From assembly GCF_006345805.1 (NCBI RefSeq), contig NC_043021.1, forward strand, positions 14,818,001-14,882,000: DNA of 64,000 nucleotides, read 5' to 3'. The notes below the pieces were generated by a model. That model was not told the DNA's origin, searched no databases, and worked only from the letters and a program-made list of their open reading frames with translations. This DNA comes from Octopus sinensis. Its lineage: Eukaryota. A program made the translations under genes and the position numbers. Below are positions 11,506 to 24,345 of the stretch, in pieces. The first letter of the stretch is position 1, and the number at the start of each line of letters is the position of its first letter.

Positions 11506-12026
11506 ATCTTTTTAAGAGTAAGCCTAAGGCTGATGGTAATGGTGGTAGTTGTAGTGGCGATAGTTGTGGTGGTGATGGTGGTGGTAGCCAAGTGGTGGTA
11601 ATGGTCAGGTTGGTAAAGATGGTGGTGGTAGTCATGGTGATAGTGATGGGTAGTTGGTAATCTCAGTTAAAGTCCCGTCACCAAGGCAGCCTGAATTTCA
11701 TCCTCGGAATGGGAATACAGCGCTTAAATGTTATGTGAAAATTTGTAATGTATCTTTATATATATAAAGTGTGCGTGTGCATGTGTGTGTAGAGCCTTTA
11801 TACAAATCCACAATTTTTCAGTTAGAGGGCTCGCACTTTCTATGGTCATTCAAAACCATCCAAGGGTGGTCATGCACATCTTTGCATTTCCCCAGTCACC
11901 CCGCAAAGCCATTAAAAAAAATCAATAGAAGTGACTTTTTTGTGAATTTTCTATCCAAAGCCCAATCAAAATGCCCGAAACTTGATACACCAATTGAATG
12001 GTATGGGTTGGACAGTTTGACAGGAG

Positions 12027-12069
<43 letters not shown>

Positions 12070-12955
12070 CAATCCCCTCAAAATACTTTTATTGACTCAA
12101 GGCTATAGTAGAAGAAACTCACCCAAGCTGTATGTGATTGGTCGGAGATTTGGACAGTACTCGCATGTATGTGCACATGCACGCAGCTGTATATGCATGC
12201 ACTAGCACTATAGTGCTAGTCTATCTATAAAATTGTATAAAATTTGTAATGTTAAAATGCTTGATAGTTTTCACATAGCTAGCCCAGGTTCAATTCCTGA
12301 CATGAACATAGCACTTTTACAGTATATCACCATTATCATCATTTAACATCCGTTTTCCATGCTGGTATGGGTTGGACAGTTTGAGAGGAGCTGTGTGTGT
12401 GTGTGTGCGTGTGTGGGTGTGTATACAATCCTCCCAAAAGACTTTTATTGTATCAAGGCTATAGTAGAAGACACTCACCCAAGGTGCCACGCAATGGGAC
12501 CGAACCTGGAACCATGTGGTTGAGAACCAAATTTCTTACCACTCAGCCATGCACATATTTCTCATCATAAACACAACATGAAGCATTTTATCCGTAAACG
12601 TACATCATCAACCGACGGCTAGGAGACGAAAACCCAAACAAATACAAGGAACAGGATTTCCAGAAATGCAGTGAATTATGATCAGAGTATTATCAAAGTA
12701 GAACATTATCATCAGAGAACATTATCAGTAGATAGTGTTATGAAAACAACATTATCATCACAGTGTTATGAAAGCTGAGTGTTATCATCACAGAGTTATC
12801 AATATATAATAGTGATGATGGTGGTGATGATGGTGGTGATAAGGGCAATGATGATGGAGGCGATAGTGATGAAGGTAGTGGTGGTTAGGCTGTCGGTGGT
12901 GCAGTGATTTTGATGGTGATAGTAATGGTGGTAGCAATAAAGGTGATGGGGCACC

Positions 12956-13005
<50 letters not shown>

Positions 13006-13006
13006 T

Positions 13007-13215
13007 TCAAATTTTGGCACAAGGCCAGCAATTTTGGGGAAGGTTATAAATTGATCACATGACCCCAGTGCACAACTGGTACTTATTTTACTGACCCTAT
13101 AATGTTGAAAGGCAAAGTTGACCTCAGCAGAATTTGAACTCTGAACTTAAAGACAGACAAAATGCCACTAAGCATTTTTGCCTGGCATGCTAACGATTCT
13201 GCCAGCTCACCACCC

Positions 13216-13250
<35 letters not shown>

Positions 13251-13455
13251 TTCTCTTCTATAGGCACAAGGCCTGAAATTTGGGGGAAAGGAGCTAGTCA
13301 ATTACATTGAACCCCAGTACCTGACTGGTACTTATAGACTCAGAGAAGATAAAAGCTAAGTCGACTTTGTTGGGATTTGAACTCAGAATGTAAAGAGCTG
13401 GAAGGAATACTGCAAGACATTTCATCTAATGCTCTAATGATTCTGCCAGCCTGCC
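13007..13455 (-). mobile_element. Two SINE-A variant copies separated and flanked by (AAT)n
   Basis: (AAT)n ~12958-13006, SINE, (AAT)n ~13216-13248, SINE. Confidence 0.8.
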
Positions 13456-14139
13456 AACATAATCGTTAATCTTAATTCCAATGAAGACCAAAGAGAAACA
13501 AAGAAAATAACATTTTTTGATATGAAGGAAATTCACAGCATGTTTCTAAGGAACAGATTATCAAATTAATCCAATTAGTAAAAAAAAATTTTAAATATAA
13601 GAAAAACAAGATAAAAGAGAAGAAAAAAATAGGAGAGTAAAAAAAAAAAACTAAAATTTTAATTAAAAAAACATAAAAAGGAAATATTTATGATTGGATT
13701 ATTATGAGATATTCTGATATGAATGAAGAAAATTACTAAGACATCAGTTTAAATTCTTTATTGACAGTATCAACAAGAAGAATCCAATGACAAGGAGATT
13801 CTATGAGCTTGCTAGATCTGCTAGAAATAGCAACCAAAGATCTCTCAAGTCATACATTACTTTAAAAAATTTAATCTAGCCCTATACACGCACTCGCACA
13901 CACACGGATATTAATCAGCAATGGCTCATATAGGTACCCATGTTTTTGTGACCAATGGTGCCATGCACATTGGACTGAAGATGTGCAACGGTCATCGAAT
14001 TGTTGGCACAAAAACTTAAAGTCTTGAATGTGAGTCTCCATACTTGCATTGTTTAATAAATATCGTTCTCTATTCTGGACACTGAGATCCACCTCTTTTA
14101 CCATCACACCCGGTTTTTCAAGATTTTAAATATATATAC

Positions 14140-14400
14140 ATCATCATCATCGTTTAACGTCCGTTTTCCGCGCTAGCACAGGTTGGATGGTTCGACCGGG
14201 GTCTGGGAAGCCAGGAGGCTGCACCAGGCTCCAGTCTGTTCTGGCAGTGTTTCTACAGCTGGATGCCCTTCCTAACGCCAACCACTCCGCGAGTGTAGTG
14301 GATGTTTTTTATGTGCCACCGGCACAGGTGCCATGGGAGTCTGGCAGCGGCCACGATCGGTTGGTGCTTTTAACATGCCACCGGCATGGAAGCCAGTCAA
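14140..14400 (-). mobile_element. SINE family C 3' part with RTE-like tail and (GAT)n end
   Basis: catcatcatcgtttaacgtccg...ggatgcccttcctaacgccaaccac; copies at 19855, 29585, 43502, 52484. Confidence 0.8.
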
Positions 14401-14654
14401 GACACACACACATATATTATTCAGTTCTTTATATGAGTAAAAATTGTAAACTCATAGTTTTTGTCATGCTAACTGACAAGATGGATCCTCAATTGCATGT
14501 ATATATGCAAGTGTTCATATATATAAATATTTTATTAATATTTGGCAGAAGAAACAGAGTGATTCAAGGGCTGAGAGTTTTGTTCGTTAGCACCTACCAA
14601 ACTTAGTTAATATGTGTGTGAGTACATATTTTGAGTGTATACATGGATATATGT

Positions 14655-14686
<32 letters not shown>

Positions 14687-14689
<3 letters not shown>

Positions 14690-14905
14690 CTTCGAAACGT
14701 AGAGTAGATGAAACCATGGCGACTGAAGAAGGGGTTTTTTCCTTGTGTTATTTGTCCTGTACACTATTTTTTTGTTGTTTAAGAAAAATGTCCAGTTCCT
14801 TGGGTTTGTGTCTATGTTTTCATTTCTCATTGTGTCCGACGTTTTTTTGGTGTCCTGTACTCATATATGCGTGTATATATACATGTAGAGGTAGGTACGT
14901 ACATA
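14687..14905. mobile_element. TA-flanked repeat fragment with hammerhead half-motifs (Penelope-like?)
   Basis: CCTTC-GAAAC-GTA at 14689-14701, CTGAAGA-AGG at 14723-14732; (TA)n on both sides. Confidence 0.35.
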
Positions 14906-15075
14906 TATGTATATATATATATATATATATATGCATATGTTTTATTTATTAATATATTATATGACGGAACGCACGCATCCCTTTCTAAGTAAGATTGTTC
15001 TATATATATATATATATAAATATAAATATATATATATAAATATATATATATATAAATATATATATATATAAATAT

Positions 15076-15959
15076 AAGTGGATTTTTTTGTAAGTAAAAT
15101 TACATTTAATTCATTAATAGCGAAACAATTGTCCCAAAATAATCTGTATTTTTGTTATTTTTTATTTGCCCTGTTCGTGTGAGCTAACATCGTACTGACT
15201 TTCATGGGAAACATATATTTTTGTGGTTGAAACCTTTTGGATTAACTAGTGCTAGAGTGAGCCATATAGTGACCACTCTCTTATATTTATTTTTGTATAA
15301 AATATAATATATTACAAAATATTATAATAATCCAGGTTTCTCGGAGCACTGGGCCACTTGGTGTTGAATAGATATGCTATTAAATTAGTATCTAATTCTC
15401 TCACCCTTATTAATTAATTATAATTATGCTACATTTATTTCTAAATGTGGTATTTGTCTCCGTGAAAGTTTGGCGCGCTGTTAGTTGGGGCATTTGAATT
15501 ATAACGTCGGATGTAATCAATTGAACCACACGTGTATTTATCGTTATGGTAAAATCTGGCGTGTGATTGAGTGGATTTCATCCAGATAGTTTTGGCTGAG
15601 GAGCTACAAGTGGATTTTTTTGTAAGTAAAATTACATTTAATTCATTAATAGCGAAAACATTGTCCCAAAATAATCTGTATTTTTGTTATTTTTTATTTG
15701 CCCTGTTCGTGTGAGCTAACAATCGTACTGACTTTCATGGGAAACATATATTTTTGTGGTTGAAACCTTTTGGATTAACTAGTGCTAGAGTGAGCCATAT
15801 AGTGACCACTCTCTTATATTTATTTTTGTATAAAATATTATAATATATTACAAAATATTATAATAATCCAGGTTTCTCGGAGCACTGGGCCACTTGGTGT
15901 TGAATAGATATGCTATTAAATTAGTATCTAATTCTCTCACCCTTATTAATTAATTATAT
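15076..15959. repeat. Near-identical ~346-bp direct repeats separated by a ~187-bp spacer
   Basis: aagtggatttttttgtaagt...cccttattaattaattata at 15076-15421 and 15609-15959; TA-rich flanks. Confidence 0.9.
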
Positions 15960-16363
15960 ATAAATATATATATATGAGCATGTGTTCTTTAAGTATGTGT
16001 ATATGTAAATATGTAAAAACATGAAGCATTCTATAGACAGGTTTGAGGAACAAAAAAGAAAACACCCAAATCAGCAACAAAAATCAAGAAATAATGAATA
16101 ACTAAGACAAAAAGAAAGCGAAAAAAAAAACAGGGACCAGTACCAAAATCCCAAAGTAAAACAGAGTCTGTAAGGAGTAGGGGGGAGAGATTAAGAATCT
16201 AAGACCCTGGTTCTTTGTAGAACTTCCATTCACAGCTATATCAGTTTCCAAGAACATTGACACAATTTATTTTTCCTCGCAGATGAGACACAGCTATTTA
16301 AACTTCCGCCCACTGCCTTAACTACATAACTACCAAGCCATTTTCTCCTCCATAGACATCTAC

Positions 16364-16366
16364 GTG

Positions 16367-16419
<53 letters not shown>

Positions 16420-16467
16420 ATACACACACACACGTGTGCATACATATATATACATACATGCATATAT

Positions 16468-16498
<31 letters not shown>

Positions 16499-17248
16499 AA
16501 TACACACACATATATATATATATACACACATATATATATATACACACACACACACACATATATATATATACACACATATATATATACATATATATACACA
16601 CACACACACATATATATATACACACACATATATATTACATATATATACACACACACATATATATATACACACATATATATACATATATATACACACACAC
16701 ATATATACATATATATACACACACACATATATATATATATACATACATACATATATATAAACACACATATGCGCACATCTGTATGTATGGTGTGCATATG
16801 TGTGTATATGCACACAAAGTCATATGTATATGTAAAAATGTATGTATACATACACACACACATATTTGTGTTTGTATATATGTTTGCAGGTGTTTGCATA
16901 TATGTGTGTGTGTGTGTGTATTTATGGATCTATTTATGTATGTACATGTATGTAACACACACACACACACAAATGCACATTCCTTCACAAGCACATAATA
17001 ACAAAGACACACACACACACACACACGCACACACTTCTATATGCGAGACTACCCTGTTTACTTATTTAAGCTAGCAGGGTAGGGGACATTCTAATCTTTC
17101 TATAGCAACACCAGCCCTCAAAGGATTACGTTTCCCTCCTTTTCTACACAGAGAAAAGGGTGGAGGCAGCTAGTGAAATTCAATGTAACAAGCAACGTGC
17201 AAGACAAAAATATTTGCAGATCTCTTTAATATTAAAATCAGGGTGTTG

Positions 17249-17343
<95 letters not shown>

Positions 17344-17657
17344 TATACATATATATACATACATATACATATATATATACATATACATATATATACATAC
17401 ATATACATATATATACATACATATACATATATACATACATATACTACATATACATACATATACATACATATACATACATATACATACATATACATACATA
17501 TACACACACACACACACACACACATACATACATACATACATATATATACATACATATACATACATACATATACATACATACATACATACATATACATACA
17601 TACATACATACATACATATACATACATACATATACATACATATACATACATACATAC

Positions 17658-17698
<41 letters not shown>

Positions 17699-17790
17699 CA
17701 CATACATACATACACATACATACATATACATACATACATACATATATATACATACACATACATATATATATACATACACATACATATATA

Positions 17791-17826
<36 letters not shown>

Positions 17827-17870
17827 CACACATACATATATATATATACACACATACATACATATATTCC
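16364..17870. repeat. Large (TA)/(CA)/(TACA) compound microsatellite blocks
   Basis: Dinucleotide and tetranucleotide runs that generate the Y/I/H/T-rich false ORFs. Confidence 0.95.
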
Positions 17871-18544
17871 TGAGAGTGGTGCGGAGACATTATTAGATTA
17901 GAGGTTTAGTTTTCAGACAACTTGTATGGACTGACTTGACAAGACAGACAAGAGTAAACATCGAGATGGAGAGAAAGCAAGCCAGAGAGAGAGAGAGAGA
18001 GAAAGAGACATAAAAACAGACAGTTGATCAAACATAGAGGACAGAGAAAGAAAGAGAGAGACCGATAGACAGAGAGAAAAAGGGAAACACATCTTACAGA
18101 CACGTAGGAAAAACAAACAACAAACAGTGGTTAGTACCACGGTGAGGAAGGAATAAAGATAAAGACCCACCGAATGTGAGAACTGCTTTATAAAAACAAC
18201 TGACGACCACAATGTTTGAGTGACAGCGAATTGGCATGCAACTGTTGATCAGCACCAGGTCACTAGGTTTGGTCTTGATTGAGCAGAGCTATGATTGAAG
18301 GTGTCCCTGAGCAAGTGTCTTTACCTAAAACTTTACATGTCCAGGGGAAAATTGCCGAAAGAAACTTCCCATATACGAAAATTCGCCATATGGACAATGA
18401 TAAAGTTTATTATATAAGCATTTTTTAAAAATAATAATGATGATGATGATTTCTTTTATTTGCCAACAAGGTGAAGGATGAGGATAAAAAAAAATAATAA
18501 TTAATAATAATAATAATTAATAATTAATAATAATAATAATAATA

Positions 18545-19010
18545 ATATTCTGCAAATATTCTGCTCAATACCACAGATTTACTTGTCAGTTGTTTGACCT
18601 TAACCAGTTGAGCATGTCTCTTAGTGGCTGACGATATGTGCATCTCTGATCACAAGCAGAAGTAGTGGGGGAGCATCATATCCATGTGTTGAGAGGGATT
18701 CTTTGGGGTTTGAATAATTCACCTCTGGAAACATGGGTGTTTCGTTCAACATCCTTAAACAACCCTTATTCAGGGACCTTTTGAATGGGATGAGTTACTC
18801 GACCAGAAGAAAATTCTAACTGGGCCCCCACCTGCAAGGTCATGCGCTGTTTATCTTGATATGATATCACCATGTCGTGCACATATTGTTGTGATGCATG
18901 TGCCTAGTGTACCCTTATCAGACAGGTAGTCATGATGGGTATACTGGGCTTTGTATATTTTTACCCCAGTGTCACTTTGATGGCATGCACTGCTCTCTCA
19001 CTCAATAATA
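18545..19010 (+). mobile_element. Probable 3' end of a microsatellite-targeted non-LTR element (R4/Dong-like)
   Basis: ~460-bp complex sequence with (AAT)n on both sides, ending ctctctcactc-(aat)n; clade assignment is inference from target preference only. Confidence 0.35.
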
Positions 19011-19479
19011 ATAATAATAATAATAATAATGAATGATAAGGTTTTATAGGCAAGTCTTTATTCAATGTCAAATATTAAAAAAAAAAAGTGATGAGGTCAT
19101 TTAAAATGGAAATTCTTACGATAAAAATGTTTAGGGCGAAATTTCCTATAACTAAAACCTCAGGGTGACCAGATCCCTGTGGGCAGAACTTGGTAAAGAG
19201 AAACAATGCCAAAGTCCATATCATTTCGTTTTTACATGCCCCTCCCCCAACCCTCATGGTAGCGTGAGTTGAACAGGTGAGACATTTTGAGGAAACAGTT
19301 AAAAGCTGGATGTTCTTCCTCTCACGAAGTTTTATTTGTTTTTGTTTTTATTCGTCAAACTGGTACGGAAGGTTTTGTTTACAGAACACATAAACAATGT
19401 GTATGTAAGAGTGTACGTGACTGCTTTTATGATTATACAGGTCTAAAAACAATATTGTAGTGGGGGGGAAAAAAAAACC

Positions 19480-19760
19480 GCTGAGCTATAGATATGGGGC
19501 TAGGAGGAAGTACAGGGTCAGTGATGTCATGCGAACGGTTGAGAGGTCTTCCTGGAAGGACAGGAGCAAGACAGGTCACTGGAGCAGGGGAATGACTAGT
19601 GTGGGCCTCTTTTGCTTCCTGGAATAGCAGTAGCATCCTACTGAAGGTTTTCCTGGCTGTACTTGCTGGCAAGTTGTCCTCCTCGTTTACACGAGTAGCA
19701 AGCTACTTCAGCCATTCTGCATTTTTCCCCTCTGACAGTTCTGTACTTTCGAATACGAGT
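19480..19760 (-). pseudogene. Decayed Gag/ORF1-like relic with a degenerate zinc knuckle
   Basis: Minus frame ...CRMAEVACYSCKRGGQLASKY (CX2CX4[H>Q]X4[C>Y], 19659-19700); stops downstream. Confidence 0.4.
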
Positions 19761-19854
19761 TAGTGCCAGCAAGGGCATCCAGCTCTAAAAACATTGTATC
19801 AATAATATGTACTCACTAAACCCATGCTAGCATAGAAAAATGGATGTAATGTAT

Positions 19855-20335
19855 CATCATCATCATCGTTATTGTTTAATGTCTGCTTGCCATGCTGACA
19901 TGGGTTGGACTATTTAACTGAGGACTGGTAAGCCAGGAGGCTGCACCAGGCTCCTATCTGATCTGGCAAGATTTCTACAGCTGGATGCCCTTCCTAACGC
20001 CAACCACTCCGAGAGCGTAGTGGGTGCTTTTTACATGCCACTGGCACGAGGGCCAGTCAGGCAGTACTGGCATCGACCATGCTCGGATGGTGATTTTTAC
20101 TTGCCAACGACACGGGGGAGATATACACACACACACACAATATATCATGATCATACATACATATACATATATACAACGAGCTTCTTTTCAGTTTCCGTCT
20201 ACCAAATCCACTCACAAGGCTTTGGTCGGCTCGAGGCTATAGTAGAAGACACTTGCCCAAGGTGCCACGCAGTGGGACTGAACTCGGAACCATGTGGTTG
20301 GTAAGCAAGCTACTTACCACACAGCCACTCCTGCG
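19855..20335 (-). mobile_element. Adjacent SINE-C tail and SINE-B head
   Basis: Matches to families C (19855-20110) and B (20165-20335). Confidence 0.75.
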
Positions 20336-21049
20336 CCTTAAACATACATTCACACACACATGCACATCTCATCAAGACAGTGGAAAGTGGTATTTAGTGT
20401 TTATAGTAGAGGTTTCTGGTGGTTGTTTTGTCGCTGTAGCAGTGGAATAACCATGGCTGGCAGGAGGAGGAGGACAATAATGAACATTTAAATGGGGTAA
20501 ATTTGAAGATTGTTTTATAAAAATAGATGCCATCTGTTTGACAGAGATGGAATACTCGTTGCATTGTTGTTTATTGAGAAAGAGGAACAGTTATTAATAG
20601 TTTGAAATATATCAAGTGGGAAGCTTTTTTCACTCACACACACACACACACACATTAAATTATATGTATTCTTTTCTACTCTAGGCACAAGGCCTGAAAT
20701 TTTTAAGAGAGGGGGCCGGTCGATTAGATCAACCCCAGTATGCAACTGGTACTTAATTTATCAACCCTGAAAGGATGAAAGGCAAAATCGACCTTGGTGG
20801 AATTATATTATGTATACACAAACATATACATGAATATATGTTTTGTCTTTTACATGTAGGTCATTAGACTATGGCCATGCTGGGGCATCACCTTGAATTT
20901 TTTTTTTTGTTTACGTCCCCGTAACTTGACAGTTTGGCAAAAGAGACTGATAGAATAAGTACTAGGCTTACAAAGAATACCTGATCATAAAATATCTGCG
21001 TCAATAAATTTCATTTAACCCATACTAGAATGAAAAAATGGTCATAAAA

Positions 21050-21490
21050 AATGATATACCTATATAAAAATAGGCAGAAAGTAAGCAGACATACCTAGAT
21101 GAAACTAGGTAGACATACCTATATAAAAATAATCAGGAATACTTATATAAACATAGGTAGAAGTATATATATGGAAATATGTAGACACACCCAGATGAAT
21201 CTAGGTAGATATACCTACATATGTATATGAAAATAGGCAAGAATACCTATATAACAATAGGCAGAGGTACTTATAAGAAAATAAGCAGACATACCTAGAT
21301 GAAACTAGGTAGACATACCAATATAAAAATAATCAGGAATACCTATATAAATATTGGTAGAAGTATTTATATGGAAATAAGTAGACACACCTAGATGAAT
21401 CTAGGTAGATATACCTACATATATACATATGAAAATAGGCAGGAATACCTATATAACAATAGGCGGGAATACCTATATGAAAATATGCAG
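21050..21490. repeat. Minisatellite: two ~203-bp units built from ~21-bp ataggcaggaatacctat subunits
   Basis: acatacctagatgaaactaggtagacatac at ~21089 and ~21290. Confidence 0.85.
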
Positions 21491-21639
21491 ACAAGGAAAT
21501 TGCAATGAACTGCAAATGGAGGAGTGTTGCACTTGGATCTTTCACAGCTAGAATCAAACATCAAAAGCTGGTTTTTGGCAAAAAAAAAAAAAATCATTAT
21601 CTTAATCCTTTAATTCAATATGATTTACAATAAAGATGA

Positions 21640-22230
21640 TGTAACAATGTTGCTTACGATGATGATGATAATGATAACGATCCAGCTGATGATGATATAG
21701 CAATAATGATTATATAGCAATGGTGATGATGGTGGAGGTATAACAACATTGATGATGATGGTTTAACAACGATGATGATAATGATGGCATGACAACGATG
21801 ACGGTGATGACATAACGATGATAAAGGCATAATAATGATGACGATGACATAATTTTACCATCACCATCATCCACATTATTATAACAACATTTCATGTTGA
21901 TGACAAAAAGCCAAGAATGGTTCAGGATGGCAGTTATGATTATGCCATTGAAAATGATGACAACACCAACGATGATGATGATGGTGAGGATAATGATGAT
22001 GATGATGATGATGATGATGGTGAGGATGATGGTGAGGATGATGGTGAGGATGATGATGGTGAGGATAATGATGATGATGATGGTGAGGATGATGATGATG
22101 ATGATAATGATGATGATGATGGTGAGGATGATGATGATGATGATGATGATGATGGTGAGGATAATGATGATGATGATGATGGTGATGATGATGGTGGTGC
22201 GGATAATGATAGTGACAGCAGTGTTTAATT
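21640..22230. repeat. (GAT)n/(GAG/GGT) compound trinucleotide repeat
   Basis: Low complexity; source of the poly-D/M/I ORFs. Confidence 0.95.
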
Positions 22231-22446
22231 GACTGAAGCGAGCAATGTGACAGGAGGCATGTGGCACAATACGCCTTGTATCGGAGCTTGTATTTGGTGA
22301 CCTCCTTTTATTTTTTCTGATGAATAGACTCAATGCTCACAAGATTCATTCATGGAATTTAGAATCATGCGCCCACCCCACTACCAGGGACAACTCTGCA
22401 ACCAGTCTCAGGAAAAGAAAGTGAGGAAAAGAAAGTGAGGCAAAGT

Positions 22447-22481
<35 letters not shown>

Positions 22482-22489
22482 ATCCAACA

Positions 22490-23165
22490 ACAAAGAGAAC
22501 AAATGTAAAAATCAAAATATAAAATAAAACTAAAATAAACTAAAAATTAAAATATAAAATAAACTAAAATGTCTAATAAATAAAATATAAAATATGATAT
22601 TATATAAGAGATAGGATAAAAACTAAAATAATTTTTTAAAATTTATATGATTAAAATATAACATGGAAATAATAAACACAAATATATGAAATATAAAATG
22701 AATAAAATAAAATTAAAATAAAATAAAATAAAATAAAATAAATAAAATGACTAAAAAATAAATATATAAAATAAAATAAAATAAAATAAATAAAATAAAA
22801 TAAAATAAAATAAAATAAAATAACTAAAATAATAAATATATAAAATAAAATAAATAAAATAAATAAAATGACTAAAATAATAAATATATAAAATAAAATA
22901 AATAAAATGACTAAAATAATAAATATATAAAATAAAATGACTAAAATTACTAAAATAATAAATATATAAAATAAAATAAATAAAATGACTAAAAAATAAA
23001 TATATAAAATAAAATAAATAAAATAACTAAAATAATAAATATATAAAATAAAATAAATAACATGACTAAAATATGTGTACACAGTAAAAAATAAAATAAA
23101 ATGTAAAAAATAAAATAAAATGTAAAAAAATAAAATAAAATGTAAAAAAATAAAATAAAAATAAA
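22490..23165. repeat. AT-rich (TAAAA)n-derived minisatellite
   Basis: Repeated aaaataaaataaataaaatgactaaaataataaatatat units. Confidence 0.95.
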
Positions 23166-23559
23166 ACCAAAACTGTAGCTTGACTTAATCAACCAAACAA
23201 AGACAATTGCAACGGTATTTTCTTTATGAGTGACTGCAATAATTATAATTCCAAAAGATGCATTTATTAAAAACAGAGAAGCTTTTCAATCGTAAGATGT
23301 TAACAAAGTGCACGAGTTCGCATGAGTTCGGTGCACGAGTTCGGTGCACAAGTTCGGTGCATGTGTACACATGAAGTGTGCAATGTGTAACGATCATGTC
23401 TCCGAAGTGCAACGGAGTAAAAATACTGATTAACAGCATTAGTTTTCCACATGACTAATGTTGTCTGTTGGGGGACTCTTGGTGGCATTTTTTTTTCAGT
23501 ATTCTTCTGGGTGCAACGGCACTGCACTGGTATAATATACTAGTGCAGGGGGTCCTCTT

Positions 23560-24345
23560 TTAATTGTTTCAGTCATTTGACTGCGGTCATGCTGGAGCAC
23601 CGCCTTTAGTTGAGCAAATCGACCTCAGGACTTATTCTTTGTAAGCCTAGTACTTATTCTATCAGTCTCTTTTGCCGAATCGCCAATTTACGGGGACGTA
23701 AACACAGCAGCATCGGTTGTCAAGTGATGTTGGGGGGACAAACACAGACACACATACATATATATATATACTAGCAGTATCGCCCGGCGTTGCTCAGGTT
23801 TGTAAGGGAAATAACTATAAAGCATTTTTAGAGAGTTATAGCCAAAAAATAGCAAAAAAATGGGGAAAAAATGATGGTAAATTTTTTTGAGAGTTAAAAA
23901 AGGTGGAGTTGCGTCCCCTAGACGGTCTGTGGTTTGGGTTTCTGATTCTCGACCCCATGTCGAATTTATCGATTTTTTTCAGAACTGGGGGAACTTTTCA
24001 AAATTTTCGCTGCGTTAGTTTTGAATTATGACATTGGGCTATGTGTGTGTCAAGTTTCATCAGAATCGGTTGAAAGCCGTGGTCAGAGTGAGGGTACGAG
24101 AAAACAGACACACAGAAAACGCACAGACAAACTGCCGTTTATATAGAGAGAGATATATATATATACATACATATATATAATGGGCTTCTTTCAGTTTCCG
24201 TCTACCAAATCCACTCACAAGGTTTTGGTCAGCCTGAAGCTATAGTCGGAGACACTTGCCCAAGCTGCCACATAGTGGGACTGAACCTGGAACCATGTGG
24301 TTCGTAAGCAAGCTACTTACCACACAGCCATTCCTACACCGGGGA
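23560..24345 (-). mobile_element. SINE-B interrupted by a Helentron-like insertion
   Basis: 3' half at 23560-23760, 5' half at 24175-24345. Confidence 0.8.
23770..24152 (+). mobile_element. Helentron/DINE-1-like non-autonomous element
   Basis: 5' ACTAGCAGTATCGCCCGGCGTTGCTC shared with 38792 and 61316; 3' cagacaaac...tttatatagagagagat. Confidence 0.55.

Noticed and set aside
13938-14035. Exon ending in a perfect AAT|GTGAGT donor; 78-aa minus ORF
   Set aside because: All three plus frames hit stops before the donor; the minus peptide is unrecognised
16236-17890. Long Y/I/H/T/C/V-rich ORFs (up to 237 aa), likewise at 1530-2263, 26101-26786 and 54554-56327
   Set aside because: Translations of dinucleotide and tetranucleotide repeats that lack stop codons by composition
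21894-22232. Acidic poly-Asp protein ORF
   Set aside because: Pure (GAT)n microsatellite, open in several frames, no splice support
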